64,000 nucleotides of DNA from assembly GCF_000143415.4 (NCBI RefSeq), contig NW_003314307.1, positions 506,859 through 570,858 of the forward strand. Direction: 5' to 3'. Positions 23,229 to 35,755 of this stretch are shown one piece after another. This stretch comes from Selaginella moellendorffii (taxonomy: Eukaryota; Plantae; Lycopodiophyta). The notes under the pieces were generated by a model. It ran no database searches and was not told the origin of the DNA. It saw only the letters and a list, made by a program, of their open reading frames with translations. How positions within the stretch are numbered: the first letter of the stretch is position 1; every line of letters starts with the position of its first letter. Position numbers and translations under genes: made by a program.

Positions 23229-26200
23229 GTAGGTAGTGCCACCCACACTTGGACTGGGAGCATCGGTCAGTCGATCTCCCGGGGGAACTAGAGCCGGCTC
23301 TTGAACACTTCACCAAGCTACCCCGCTTGTCGGTCCGTGTTCACTCTAGTCTTGGACTTCCCAGTGGTCAGCTCATCACCCAACACTGGGTCTGGCCTTC
23401 CTGGGCCCAACTGGCCTTTCCTGGGCCAAACTGGCCTTTCCTGGCCCAACTGGCTCCACTGGGCTCCAACCCCCACACTCTCCCTACTATACTTTTGGAA
23501 CCCCCCGCAGCCCCCCCCCCCCCCCGGGGGACGATCGCTTTGGGCTTTCACCCAACTGCCTGTATTAGTATTCGGACTCGGACTTGGGCTCGGACTCGGA
23601 CTCGGACTCGGTCTCGGTCCCGGTTTCGGACTCGGACTCGGTCTCGGCCTCGGTCTCGGTCTCGGGTCCATCTCGGACTCCATCTCGGATACATCTCGGA
23701 CTCCATCTCGGATACATCTCGGACTCCATCTCGGACTCCATCTCGGGTCCATCTCGGACTCCATCTCAGGTCCATCTCGGACTCCATCTCGGGTCCATCT
23801 CGGACTCTGTCTCGGTCCATCTCGGACTCTATCTCGGGTCCATCTCGGACTCGATCTCGGGTCCATCTCGGGTCCACCTCGGACTCGATCTCAGGTCCAT
23901 CTCGGGTCCACCTCGGACTCCACTTCGGACTCCAACTCGGACTCCACTTCGGACTCCACGTCGGACTCCATCTCGGGTCCTTCTCGGACACTACCATGTG
24001 TCATGTCTTGGTCCTTTTGGGTCCCTTTTTGGAGCCTCGCTTATGGCTCGCTTCGTGCTCATTCCTCGAGCACTTGGTTGGGAGTTCCACTCCCGCTCTC
24101 GACCTTTCAAGTCGGAGCTTTTAGTCCAAACGTGTTACGCTCATTTGGCTTTCGCTTCGGCCACTACCACGTGGCGCCCTTCCAGCTCCACTTTGGGGCT
24201 TAGGGATTTTGTGTCTCACAACTCCACCACCCATAGACGAAGTTCGATGTCCTCATCAAACGATAAACTATTTTATAAAGTAGCACCCACATGTGTTACC
24301 ATTTCCATTTTTGGCACCTAGCCAATATTTGTCAATAGTTTGACATTGAAGGCTCCCTATGCCTTCTCCATATTCGTCAATGGTTTGACACCAAAGGCTC
24401 ACTATGCCTTGCCCATCCTCTAAGGAGCATAGTCTTTCCAAGATAGAGACTTATTCGACCACCTGGGCTTGGTTTGCTCCCCTTTATTGGTTCAGTTCTC
24501 ACTAAACCTGTTAGAGACATTTTCTATAACTCAGTTCCCACCACTCTTTCTCGAGTGGTCTCAGTTCCCATCAATATCACCTTTGCACTTTGGAACTTTT
24601 AATTTTGACTTCTTGGAGTCACTTTCCTAGGTGTCTCCGACACCTTGCCTTGCACCTTTTGTGCAACTCCACTTCCCATCCTAGGAAGTTTTCTACTCGA
24701 GGGCACTATCATCCTCTCTTTTATTTCGTGCCACCCTGGGGCACTAAGTTCCAGTTATCATACTTTGTGCTAGGGCTGTTCGTGGCCCTATCATTTGGCT
24801 ACCTTACCGCTCCCTCCCTTGGAGCTTCCCCTTTCGCCAAATCGGAGCAGTTCGGAATCCATCCTTGGAAACACACTTCCTTTCCCGCAATTTGTTAGCG
24901 TCCAACACATTAGTGTTCCTCGCCTAACTTTGCCACTTGGATTCCTTCCAAGGGATTCCACGGCCCTATCTTGGCCAGTCATCGTTTGCTCCTATCCGTT
25001 GATTGTTGCACCAAGCAACACCGAATCTTTACCTCCCTCCTTGAGGTATTCTTTTGATTCCATAGCAAAGGCTCTGCTTTGCCAAGACTAGGGTGTTCAC
25101 CCCTAGTAAGTCTCTTTAGCATCTTCTACTGTGGGCTCTATCCACGGCCCAACTTTGTGACCCTCCCATGGGTCTCTTTAAAGACTACTTTCCTTGGACA
25201 CACTATGCCATCGCAATGACATAGCTCATTTCCCTAAGGTGCTTTTCCAACTTGGTCACCTTGACCAAGCCACACCATCATCAATAGTTCAAATCAACAC
25301 TTTGAACTAGGAACCTTATTCCTTAACCAAAACAAGGACCTTGTCCTTATTTAGCGACAAGATCACATAGTGATCTCACCTCGGCACCTTAATAGGTTTG
25401 CCAATAGGTACTAGGTCTTCCAGACCTTTAACTTGTTAACTATGACCCCGGGGGCATCCCCCACACTTGGCGGTGCGCCCAAGCCAGCCCTTCCGGCCAA
25501 GGGTCCATAGCAACTGAGACTGGGTGTCCCCATCTCATTCACCACGTCCTTGGTGCCACTTGCACCAAAGCGTTTAAGTTAGATATGCTCAGCTTTCACA
25601 CTAAGCAATCTAACCGTGCATCACGACTCCGGGGCATCCCCCGTTTGGCAGTGTGCCCAAGCCAATCTCCTCATTGAGAGTCCATGACCATCGAAATATG
25701 AGTGTCCTCATATTCCAAACCAGCACCATGCCCTAGTGATTTGGGACTCGAACCCAAGCACTAGAGGGTCGGGACTCGAACCCAACCTCCGTATATGCAT
25801 CTACGGACGGCATCACCCAGGATGCCTAGCGTGACTCCCCACGCCGGTGCACCAACTTATACTCAAAGCGCGCTATAGATCACAGCTTAGGAACCTAGTT
25901 CCTCCCCACTGCCAAGTCCTCTCACTTGACAAGCCTGTGATCATGCATGGACTCCTCCATGCTTGGCCCCATGGCCCACCCTTTTTGAAGTTATCACCTT
26001 CAACTAGGGTATTTGTTCCCCTGACTTGTCAATCTCGCTTTGGCAAGTCCTCTGACCACTATAACATGGTTCCTGCACAAGCGTGAAAGCCCTTGATCAT
26101 CGACTTTCGTTCAAAGCCTTCTCTTTGAACACTCGGGAACTACTTCCCTAACCTTGATAGCCTTGCCTCATGGCAAGCTTCAAGACCACGCTTCTGCTGC

Positions 26201-27422
26201 ACTACTCCGATTTCGCGCGTTCCTTGAACCATTTACGCTTGGCCTTTCTAGGTACTAAGCTACCTAGAATCCTCTTTGGGAACCTTGAAGGAACTCTGTC
26301 CCTTAGCTTGCTAAGGCCTCCCCTTTTGCAAGCTTTCCAATTACCATATAGTCTAACATGGACAATTCTATATTTTAGACTCTCCATGGCATCACGGTTG
26401 CTAGCGGCAACACCCTCGAGCCCCCACTTGATTCTCCACTCCCAGCTGGCATAACCAACCTTGGTTATGCCCTTTGTTTCTTATGGTTCGGTTCTATCCC
26501 CTTACTTCTTGCTTTTGGCTTCACACCTTTCCTTCGGTCATTCTCCTCAAGACCAGGAGGATAGCTTTGCACTTTCTATCATGCCTTAGCAAGTATTCTT
26601 AGGGATGAACCTACCCGATAGCCTAGGGAGTGGTTCCTCAATCTATGTATGCTCACCTTATAATCCCACACATCGGGATTATCGTTGCTGCTTATGGGCC
26701 TTTACATGCCCAGCACTAGCCTTGCCAAAACTCTATTTTTGGCTTGGTCCAATTCGGGTAGATAGTCTTCTCCTGTCTCCACAACCTTGGACATTTGGAT
26801 AGCACCTACTATCCATCATTCGCTAGGGACTTAGTCCCTTGGGCCTTATCTATTGCCCTTGCGACACGAACACCACCTCCTGGCGTTCTAGAGTGTTCTG
26901 GTGTCCCAATGATGGCTTCCTTGACAATGAGTATTTCCATTTATGACATTGACTTACTATATCGCAACATAAGCAACTTATCCCCGTAAGGGTACGTCCA
27001 ACTTCCCTATGCCATTAAGAAGGCTTGGGTAGCTACCTGCTACCCGTTTAACCATTTATTTTGCATCTCTTGCTTAGTTGCCTCATAGTTGTCAAGTCCT
27101 ACAACTCATTGCTGGTGCTTCCACACCTCCATCATTATCTGGGTCACCACACTCCAACTGCATGCTCTGCCGCTTAGGCTATGCCATTCCCATTTCCATT
27201 GGGATTCCTTTGGCAAGGGGTTCTCACGAACCCACCAACATAGCCTCAAAGTATCACACCTTGGCATATTTGGTGTCTCCACACCATCGGCTTCACGAGT
27301 CTACCTCTAGGACACTACTTATTAGTGTCTAGGTCTTTGCCAAGACCAATACCGCTCTTTCTCATGCCAACCATTGGTTAGCACTGCACGATAGAGGTCA
27401 CACACAACTTTGTGTCAAAATT

Positions 27423-27461
<39 letters not shown>

Positions 27462-30254
27462 GGAACACCTTTCCCACGACTTTAGCATAGCACATTTTGC
27501 CATCGATGAGATACCCTCTGTTCTCATCCTTGGATCCTATGATCCTCCCCCCATCCTTCGTGAGGTACAACACACCTCAGTCCAAATGCTTCCATCAGTC
27601 CTTTTAGGACCATTCCTTGACTTTACTTGAGTCATCTAGCAGTTTTGGACTTGGTTAATCCACAGACCCATAAGGTCCCACTTGTGAAGCACTAGCTCAC
27701 TGGAATACACCTCCTGCATTCCTGTCCTACTCAGAAGGACTATTTTCACAAGTGTTACTCTGACACTTGTTTTTGTTCTTTGGGGCAACCTCTGCCCCTT
27801 AGGACTACTTGTCCATGTGATGAGAATACCAACTCATCTCTAAGTACACCCCCCAACTCCTTGGGTTGTTCCAGCATTTATTAAAGGTAGCCCCGGCTAC
27901 CATTTCAAGGACTTGAGTCCTCTTCCGTATTTGACCTCCCACGGTCATTACTTCTGGTCTCATATTCATGAGCACCAACCTCAACTATATGAGGATAATC
28001 TTGTGACTCCCTTATTGCTTTGGAGTCTTTATCTTTCCCGTGATCCCAACTATAGTTGTTTATCACAACTACGTTAGCCCGTTTGCTGCGTCAAACGCTC
28101 ATTTGGATCACATCCTCAGCTCTCTGAGGAGACCTTATACTATTCCCAAGATCCCAAAGTCGTTCCATTATTGGCCCTTTTCTATCCACCACATTGTGCC
28201 CAAGTTCACGCATAAACTTGAGTGGAGAGCCATGTCCTCTCGACATGCTACTCCTCAAGGATAGGCCCACTCCTAGGACCTTCCAATGCCAACATCAATG
28301 GTGATATACTTGAGCACCAATAAAAGTCGGACTAAAGAACAGCTCCGATACCAAGTTGTAAGCGACTAAATTTTCCATTCTACTTAGTCACTTAACCACA
28401 CCTCCAACCACTTGGAGGAGTCTCATTCACAACCTCCATAAGTCCAATCCAGGACTTGGGACTTGCTAGCCCCGAGAATGGCATCCATGCCACTCAACAT
28501 TTGCACTTGGTCCAAGTGCTCCACGTGTCCGATCCCATGACCGACACTCAAAGGTACCACCGACATAGCAGCCCGTTACGCTAAGGCCATGCCCAATCAC
28601 CTTTGCCACACTGGTAGTCCAATACCACTTGCATCACAGTCTTGGCTCTCCAAGACTAGGCAAACCATCTGTGAGTGGTCATCTCAGATCCACTCCTTAG
28701 CATCCTTAGGATGCCCACCGACAAGGGGAATAGCCTTCCCCAATATCCCTCTGTCAGTCCCCACTAAGTCCCTTTCTGCCCCTGGCCGTGTTTGCCAACA
28801 CTACCACTGGATCGAGACCCACAGGCCCAACCACTAAGTCCCACGGTCCTCTGGGACTTCCTCACCACACGACTGTGTCCTTGGTCACTACCCCAGAGGA
28901 CTGCTCCTCTTCCTTTCCACAGTCTGGGCCTTTGGGACAACATTTCGGAACACCGTGGCCTTACGCGAGCCACCTGGGTACTCTCCTCGCCTTCTGCCCT
29001 TGGGTGCTCTAGCCATGGGCTTAGAGCGAGGTTCCGTTGAGCCACGCCTGGTATCCAAGTAGGTAGTGCCACCCACACTTGGACTGGGAGCATCGGCCAG
29101 TCGATCTCCCGGGGGAACTAGAGCCGGCTCTTGAACACTTCACCAAGCTACCCCGCTTGTCGGTCCGTGTTCACTCTAGTCTTGGACTTCCCAGTGGTCA
29201 GTTCATCACCCAACACTGAGTATGGTCTTCCCGGACCAAATTGGCCTTTCCTGGGCCTAACTGGCCTTTCCTAGCCAAACTAGCTCCACTGGGCTCCAAC
29301 CCCTACACTCTCCCTACTATACTTTTGGAACCCCCCGTAGCCACCCCCTGGGGCACGATCGCTTTGGGCTTTCACCCAACTACCTGTATTAGTATTCGGA
29401 CTCGGACTCGGGCTCGAACTCGGACTCGGACTCGGTCTCGGTCCCGGTTTCGGACTCGGACTCGGTCTCGGTCTCGGCTTCGGCCTCGGCCTCGGTCTCG
29501 GTCTCGGTCTCGGGTCCATCTCGGACTCCATCTCGGATACATCTCAGACTCCATCTCGGACTCCATCTCGGGTCCATCTCGGACTCCATCTCGGGTCCAT
29601 CTCGGACTCCATCTCGGACTCCATCTCGGGTCCATCTCGGACTCCATCTCGGGTCCATCTCGGACTCCATCTTAGGTCCATCTCGGACTCCATCTCGGAC
29701 TCCATCTCGGACTCCATATCGGACTCCGTCTCGGTCCATCTCGGACTCCATCTCGGGTCCATCTCGGACTCGATCTCGGACTCCATCTCGGACTCCATTT
29801 CGGGTCCATCTCAGACTCCATTTTGGGTCCATCTCGGACTTTGTCTCGGTCCATCTCAGACTCTATCTCGGGTCCATCTCGGACTCGATCTTGGGTCCAT
29901 CTTGGGTCCACCTCAGACTCGATCTCGGGTCCATCTCAAGTCCACCTCGGACTCCACTTCGGACTCCAACTCGGACTCCACTTCGGACTCCACCTCGGAC
30001 TCCATCTCGGGTCCTTCTCGGACACTACCATGTGTCATGTCTTGGTCCTTTTGGGTCCCTTTTTGGAGCCTCGCTTATGGCTCGCTTCGTGCTCATTCCT
30101 CGAGCACTTGGTTGGGAGTTCCACTCCCACTCTCGACCTTTCAAGTCGGAGCTTTTAGTCCAAACGTGTTACGCTCATTTGGCTTTCGCTTCGGCCACTA
30201 CCACGTGGCGCCCTTCCAGCTCCACTTTGGGGCTTAGGGATTTTGTGTCTCACA
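23229..30254 (-). mobile_element. Family B element B3, inserted antisense in the 5' LTR of B2
   Basis: Minus-strand 5' LTR 30254->28357, PBS at ~28353->28342, internal region 28356->24221, 3' LTR from 24220 into the gap. The host LTR resumes at ACTAA (30255). Confidence 0.88.
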
Positions 30255-33200
30255 ACTAATACAAGCAGTTGGGTGAAAGCCCAAAGCGATCGTCCCCCAG
30301 GGGGGGGGGGGGGGGGGCTGCGGGGGGTTCCAAAAGTATAGTAGGGAGAGAGTGGGGGTTGGAGCCCAGTGGAGCCAATTTGGCCAGGAAGGGCCAGTTT
30401 GGCCCAGGAAGGACCAGTTTGGCCCAAGAAGGCCATACCTAGTGTTGGGTGATGAACTGACCACTGGGAAGTCCAAGACTAGAGTGAATACGGACCGACA
30501 AGCTGGGTAGCTTGGTGAAGTGTTCAAGAGCCGGCTCTAGTTCCCCCGGGAGATCGACTGGCCGATGCTCCCAGTCCAAGTGTGGGTGGCACTACCTACT
30601 TGGATACCAGGCGTGGCTCAACGGAACCTCACTCTAAGCCCATGGCTAGAGCACCCAAGGGCAGAAGGCGAGGAGAGTACCCAGGTGGCTCGCGTAAGGC
30701 CACGGTGTTCCGAAATGTTGTCCCAAAGGCCCAGACTGTGGAAAGGAAGAGGAGCAGTCCTCTGGGGTAGTGACCAAGGACACAGTCGTGTGGTGAGGAA
30801 GTCCCAGAGGACCGTGGGACTTAGTGGTCGGGCCTGTGGGTCTCGATCCAGTGGTAGTGTTGGCAAACACGGCCAGGGGCAGAAAGGGACTTAGTGGGGA
30901 CTGACAGAGGGATATTGGGGAAGGCTATTCCCCTTGTCGGTGGGCATCCTAAGGATGCTAAGGAGTGGATCTGAGATGACCACTCACGGATGGTTTGCCT
31001 AGTCTTGGAGAGCCAAGACTGTGATGCAAGTGGTATTGGACTACCAGTGTGGCAAAGGTGATTGGGCATGGCCTTAGCGTAACGGGCTGCTATGTCGGTG
31101 GTACCTTTGAGTGTCGGTCATGGGATCGGACACGTGGAGCACTTGGACCAAGTGCAAATGTTGAGTGGCATGGATGCCATTCTCGGGGCTAGCAAGTCCC
31201 AAGTCCTGGATTGGACTTATGGAGGTTGTGAATGAGACTCCTCCAAGTGGTCGGAGGTGTGGTTAAGTGACTAAAGTAGAATGGAAAATTTAGTTGCTTA
31301 CAATTTGGTATCGGAGCTGTTCCTTAGTCCGACTTTTATTGGTGCTCAAGTATATCACCACTGGTGTTGGCAACGGAAGGTCCGAGAAGTGGGCCTATCC
31401 TTAAGGAGTAGCAGGTCGGGAAGATATGGCTCTCCATTACAGTTCATGTGTGAACTTGTAGACAAGGTGGTGGATAGAAAAGGGGCCAATAATGGAACAA
31501 CTTTGGGATCTTGGGAACAGTGTAAGGTTTTCCTCATTGAGTTGAGGAGGTGATCCAGATGAGCGTTTGACTCAGCAAACAGGCTAATGTAGTTGTTGTA
31601 AACAACTATAGTTTGGATCACGGGGAAGATAGAGACTCCAAAAACAATAAGGGAGTCACAAGTTTATCCTCACATAGTTGAGGCTGGTGCTCATGAAGGT
31701 GAGACCGGAATGGATGACCGTGAGAGGTCAAGTATGGATGAGGACACGAGTCCTCGAAATGGTAGCCGGGGCTACCTCTAATAAATGTTGGAACAACCCA
31801 AGGAGTTGGGGGGTGTACTTAGAGATGAGTTGGTATTCTCATCACATGGACAAGTAGTCCTAAGGGGCAAAGGTTGCCCCCAGAGAACAAAATCAAGTGT
31901 CAGAGTAACACTTGTGAAAATAGTCCTTTTGAGTAGGACAGGAATGCAAGAAGTGTATTCCAGTGAGCTAGTGCCTCACAAGTAGGACTTTATGGGTTTG
32001 TGGATTAACCAAGTCCAAAACTGCCGGATGACTCAAGTAGAGTCAAGGGATGGTCCTAAAAGGACTGATGGAAGCATTTGGACTAAGGTGTGTTGTACCC
32101 CACAAAGGATGGGGGGGGATCATAGGATCCAAGGATGAGAACAAAGGGTATCTCATCGATGGCAAAATGTGCCATGCTAAAGTCGTGGGAAAGGTGTTCC
32201 CAAAAAGAAAACAACTTTGACACAAAGTTGTGTGTGACCTCTATGGTGCAATGCTAACAGATGGTTGGCATGAGAAAGAGCGATATTGGGCTTGGCAAAG
32301 ACTTAGACACAAAGAAGAAGTGTCATAAAGGTAGGCTCGTGGAGCCGATGGTGTGGAGACACCAAATGTGCCAAGGTGTGATACCTTGAGGCTATATTGG
32401 TGGGTTCATTAGAACCCCTTGCCAAAGGAATCCCAAGGGAAATGGGAATGGCATAGCCTAAGCTGCAGAGCATGTAGTTGGAGTGTGGTGACCCAGATAA
32501 TGATGGAGGTGTGGAAGCACCAAGCAATGAGTTGTAAGACTTGACAACTATGAGGCAACTAAGCAAGAGGTGCAAAATAACGGGCTAAACGGGTAGAAGG
32601 TAGCTACCCAAGACTTCTTAATAGCATAGGGAAGTTGGATATACCCTTACGGGGGATAAGTTGTTTATGTTGCGATATAGTAAGTCAATGTCATAAAAGG
32701 AAATACTCATTGTCGAGAATGCCATCATTGGGACACCCGCACACTTTAGAACACCAGAAGGTGGTGTTTGATGTCACGAGGGCAATGGATAAGGCCCAAG
32801 GGACTAAGTCCCTAGCGAATGATGGATAGAAGGTGCTATCCAAATGTCCAAGGTTGCGGAGACAGGAGAAGACTGTCTACCCGAGTTGGACAAAGCCAAA
32901 AATGGAATTTTGGCAAGGCTAGTGATGGGCATGTAAAGGCCCATAAGCAACAATGTAATCCCAGTGTGTGGGATTATAAGGTGAGCATACCCGAATTGAG
33001 GAACCACTCCCTGGGCTATTGGGTAGGTTCATCCCTAAGGATATTTGCTAAGGCATGATAGAAAGTGCAAAGCTATCCTCCTGGTCTGGAGGAGAATGAC
33101 CGAAGGAAAGGTGTGAAGCCAAAAACAAGAAGTAAGGGGATAGAACCGAACCACAGGAATCAAAGGGCATAACCAAGGTTGGTTATGCCAGCTGGGAGTG

Positions 33201-35655
33201 GAGAATCAAGTGGGGGCTCGAGGGTGTTGCCGCTAGCAACCGTGATGCCATGGAGAGTCTAAAATATGGAATTGTCCATGTTAGACTATGTGGCAATTGG
33301 AAAGCTTGCAAAAAGGGAGGCCTTAGCAAGCTAAGGGACAGAGTTCCTTCAAGGTTCCCAAAGACGATTCTAAGTAGTTTAGTACCTAGAAAGGCCAAGT
33401 GTAAATGGTTCAAGGAACGCGCGAAATCAGAGTGGCGCAGCAGAAGCGTGGTCTTGAAGCTTGCCATGAGGCAAGGCTATCAAGGTTAGGGAAGTAGTTC
33501 TCGAGTGTTCAAAGAGAGGGCTTTGAACGAAAGTCGATGACCAAGGACTTTCACGCTTATGCAGGAACCATGTTACAGTGGTCGGAGGACTTGCCAAAGC
33601 GAGATTGGCAAGTCAGGGGAACAAATACCCTAGTTGAAGGTGATAACTTCAAAAAGGGTGGGCCATGGGGCCAAGCATGGAGGAGTCCATGCATGATCAC
33701 AAGCTTGTCAAGTGAGAGGACTTGGCAATGGGGAGGAACTAGGTTTCTAAGCTGTGATCTATAGCGCGCTTTGAGTATAAGTTAGTGCACCGGCGTGGGG
33801 AGTCACGCTAGGCATCCTGGGTGATGCTGTCCGTAGATGCATATACGGAGGTTGGGTTCGAGTCCCGACCCTCTAGTGCTTGGGTTCGAGTCCCAAATCA
33901 CTAGGGCGTGGTGCTGGTTTGGAATATGAGGACACTCATATTTCGGTGGTCATGGACTCTCAATGAGGAGATTGGCTTGGGCACACCGCCAAGCGGGGGA
34001 TGCCCCGGAGTCGTGATGCACGGTTAGATTGCTTAGTGTGAAAGCTGAGCATATCTAACTTGAACGCTTTGGTGCAAGTGGCACCAAGGACGTGGTGAAT
34101 GAGATGGGGACACCCAGTCTCAGTTGCTATGGACCCTTGGCCGGAAGGGCTGGCTTGGGCGCACCGCCAAGTGTGGGGGATGCCCCCAGGGTCATAGTTA
34201 ACAAGTTAAAGGTCTGGAAGACCTAGTACCTATTGGCAAACCTATTAAGGTGCCGAGGTGAGATCACTAGGTGATCTTGTGGCTAAATAAGGACAAGGTC
34301 CTTATTTGGGTTAAGGAATAAGGTTCCTAGTTCAAAGTGTTGATTTGAACTATTGATGATGGTGTGGCTTGGTCAAAGTGACCAAGTGGGAAAAGCACCT
34401 TAGGGAAATGAGCTATGTCATTGCGATGGCATAGTGTGTCCAAGGAAAGTAGTCTTTAAAGAAACCCATGGGAGGGTCACAAAGTTGGGCCATGGATAGA
34501 GCCCACAGTAGAAGATGCTAAAGAGACTTACTAGGGGTGAACACCCTAGTCTTGGCAAAGCAGAGCCTTTGCTATGGAATCAAAAGAATACCTCAAGGAG
34601 GGAGGTAGAAATTTGGTGTTGCTTGGTGCAACAATCAACGGATAGGAGCAAAAGATGAGTGGCCAAGATAGGGCCGTGGAATCCCTTGGAAGGAATCCAA
34701 GTGGCAAAGTTAGGCGAGGAACACTAATGTGTTGGACGCTAACAAATTGCGGAAAAGGAAGTGTGTTTCCAAGGATGGATTCCGAACTGCTTCGATTTGG
34801 CGAAAGGGGAAGCTCCAAGGGAGGGAGCGGTAAGGTAGCCAAATGATAGGGCCACGAACAGCCCTAGCACAAAGTATGATAAATGGAACTTAGTGCCCAA
34901 GGTGGCACGAAATAGAAGAGAGGACGATGGTGCCCTCAAGTAAAGAACTTCCTAGGATGGGGAAGTGGGGTTGCACAATCTATGCAATGCAAGGTGTTGG
35001 AGACACCTAGGAAATTGACTTCCAAAAAGTCAAAAGAGTAAAAGTTCCAAGGTGCAAACGTTCAATAGATGGAAATTGAGATTACTCGAGAAGGAGTAGT
35101 GGGATTGACTTAGAGAAGGGCCTCTAAGAGGTTTAGCGGGAACTAAACCAATAAAAGGAGAGAACCATTACATGTGGTCCAATCAGTCTCTAAGTTGGAG
35201 AGACTACGCTCCTTAGAGGATGGACAAGGCATGGTGAGCCTTTGGTGTCAAACCATAGACAAAGATTGGCTAGGTGCCAAGGATGGAAATGGTAACACGT
35301 GTGGGTGTTACTTTATGAAAGGGTTACCGTTCGATAAGGACATCGAACTTCGTCTATGGGTGGTGGAGTTGTGAGACACAAAATCCCTAGGCCCCAGAGT
35401 GGAGCCGGAAGGGTGCCACGTGGTAGTGGCCGAAGCGAAAGCCAAACAAGTGTAACACGTTTGGGCCAAAAGCTCCGCCTTGAAAGGTCGAGAGCGGGAG
35501 TGGAACTCCTAACGAAGGGCTCGAGGAATGAGCACGAAACGAGCAATAAGCGAGGCTCCAAAAAGGGACCCAAAAGGACTAACACATGACACATAGTAGT
35601 GTCCGAGAAGGACCCGAGATGGAGTCCGGGGTGGAGTCCGAAGTGGAGTCCGAGT

Positions 35656-35755
35656 NNNNNNNNNNNNNNNNNNNNNNNNNNNNNNNNNNNNNNNNNNNNN
35701 NNNNNNNNNNNNNNNNNNNNNNNNNNNNNNNNNNNNNNNNNNNNNNNNNNNNNNN
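35656..35755. other. Assembly gap (100 N) in the B2 3' LTR
   Basis: N bases at the LTR minisatellite. Confidence 0.99.

Noticed and set aside
22487-23316. ORFs spanning X runs
   Set aside because: Artefacts of the N gap.
33850-33905. tRNA gene or tRNA-derived SINE at the GGTTCGAGTCCC motifs
   Set aside because: No A box, D-arm or acceptor stem; kept only as T-loop-like hairpins within the structured module.
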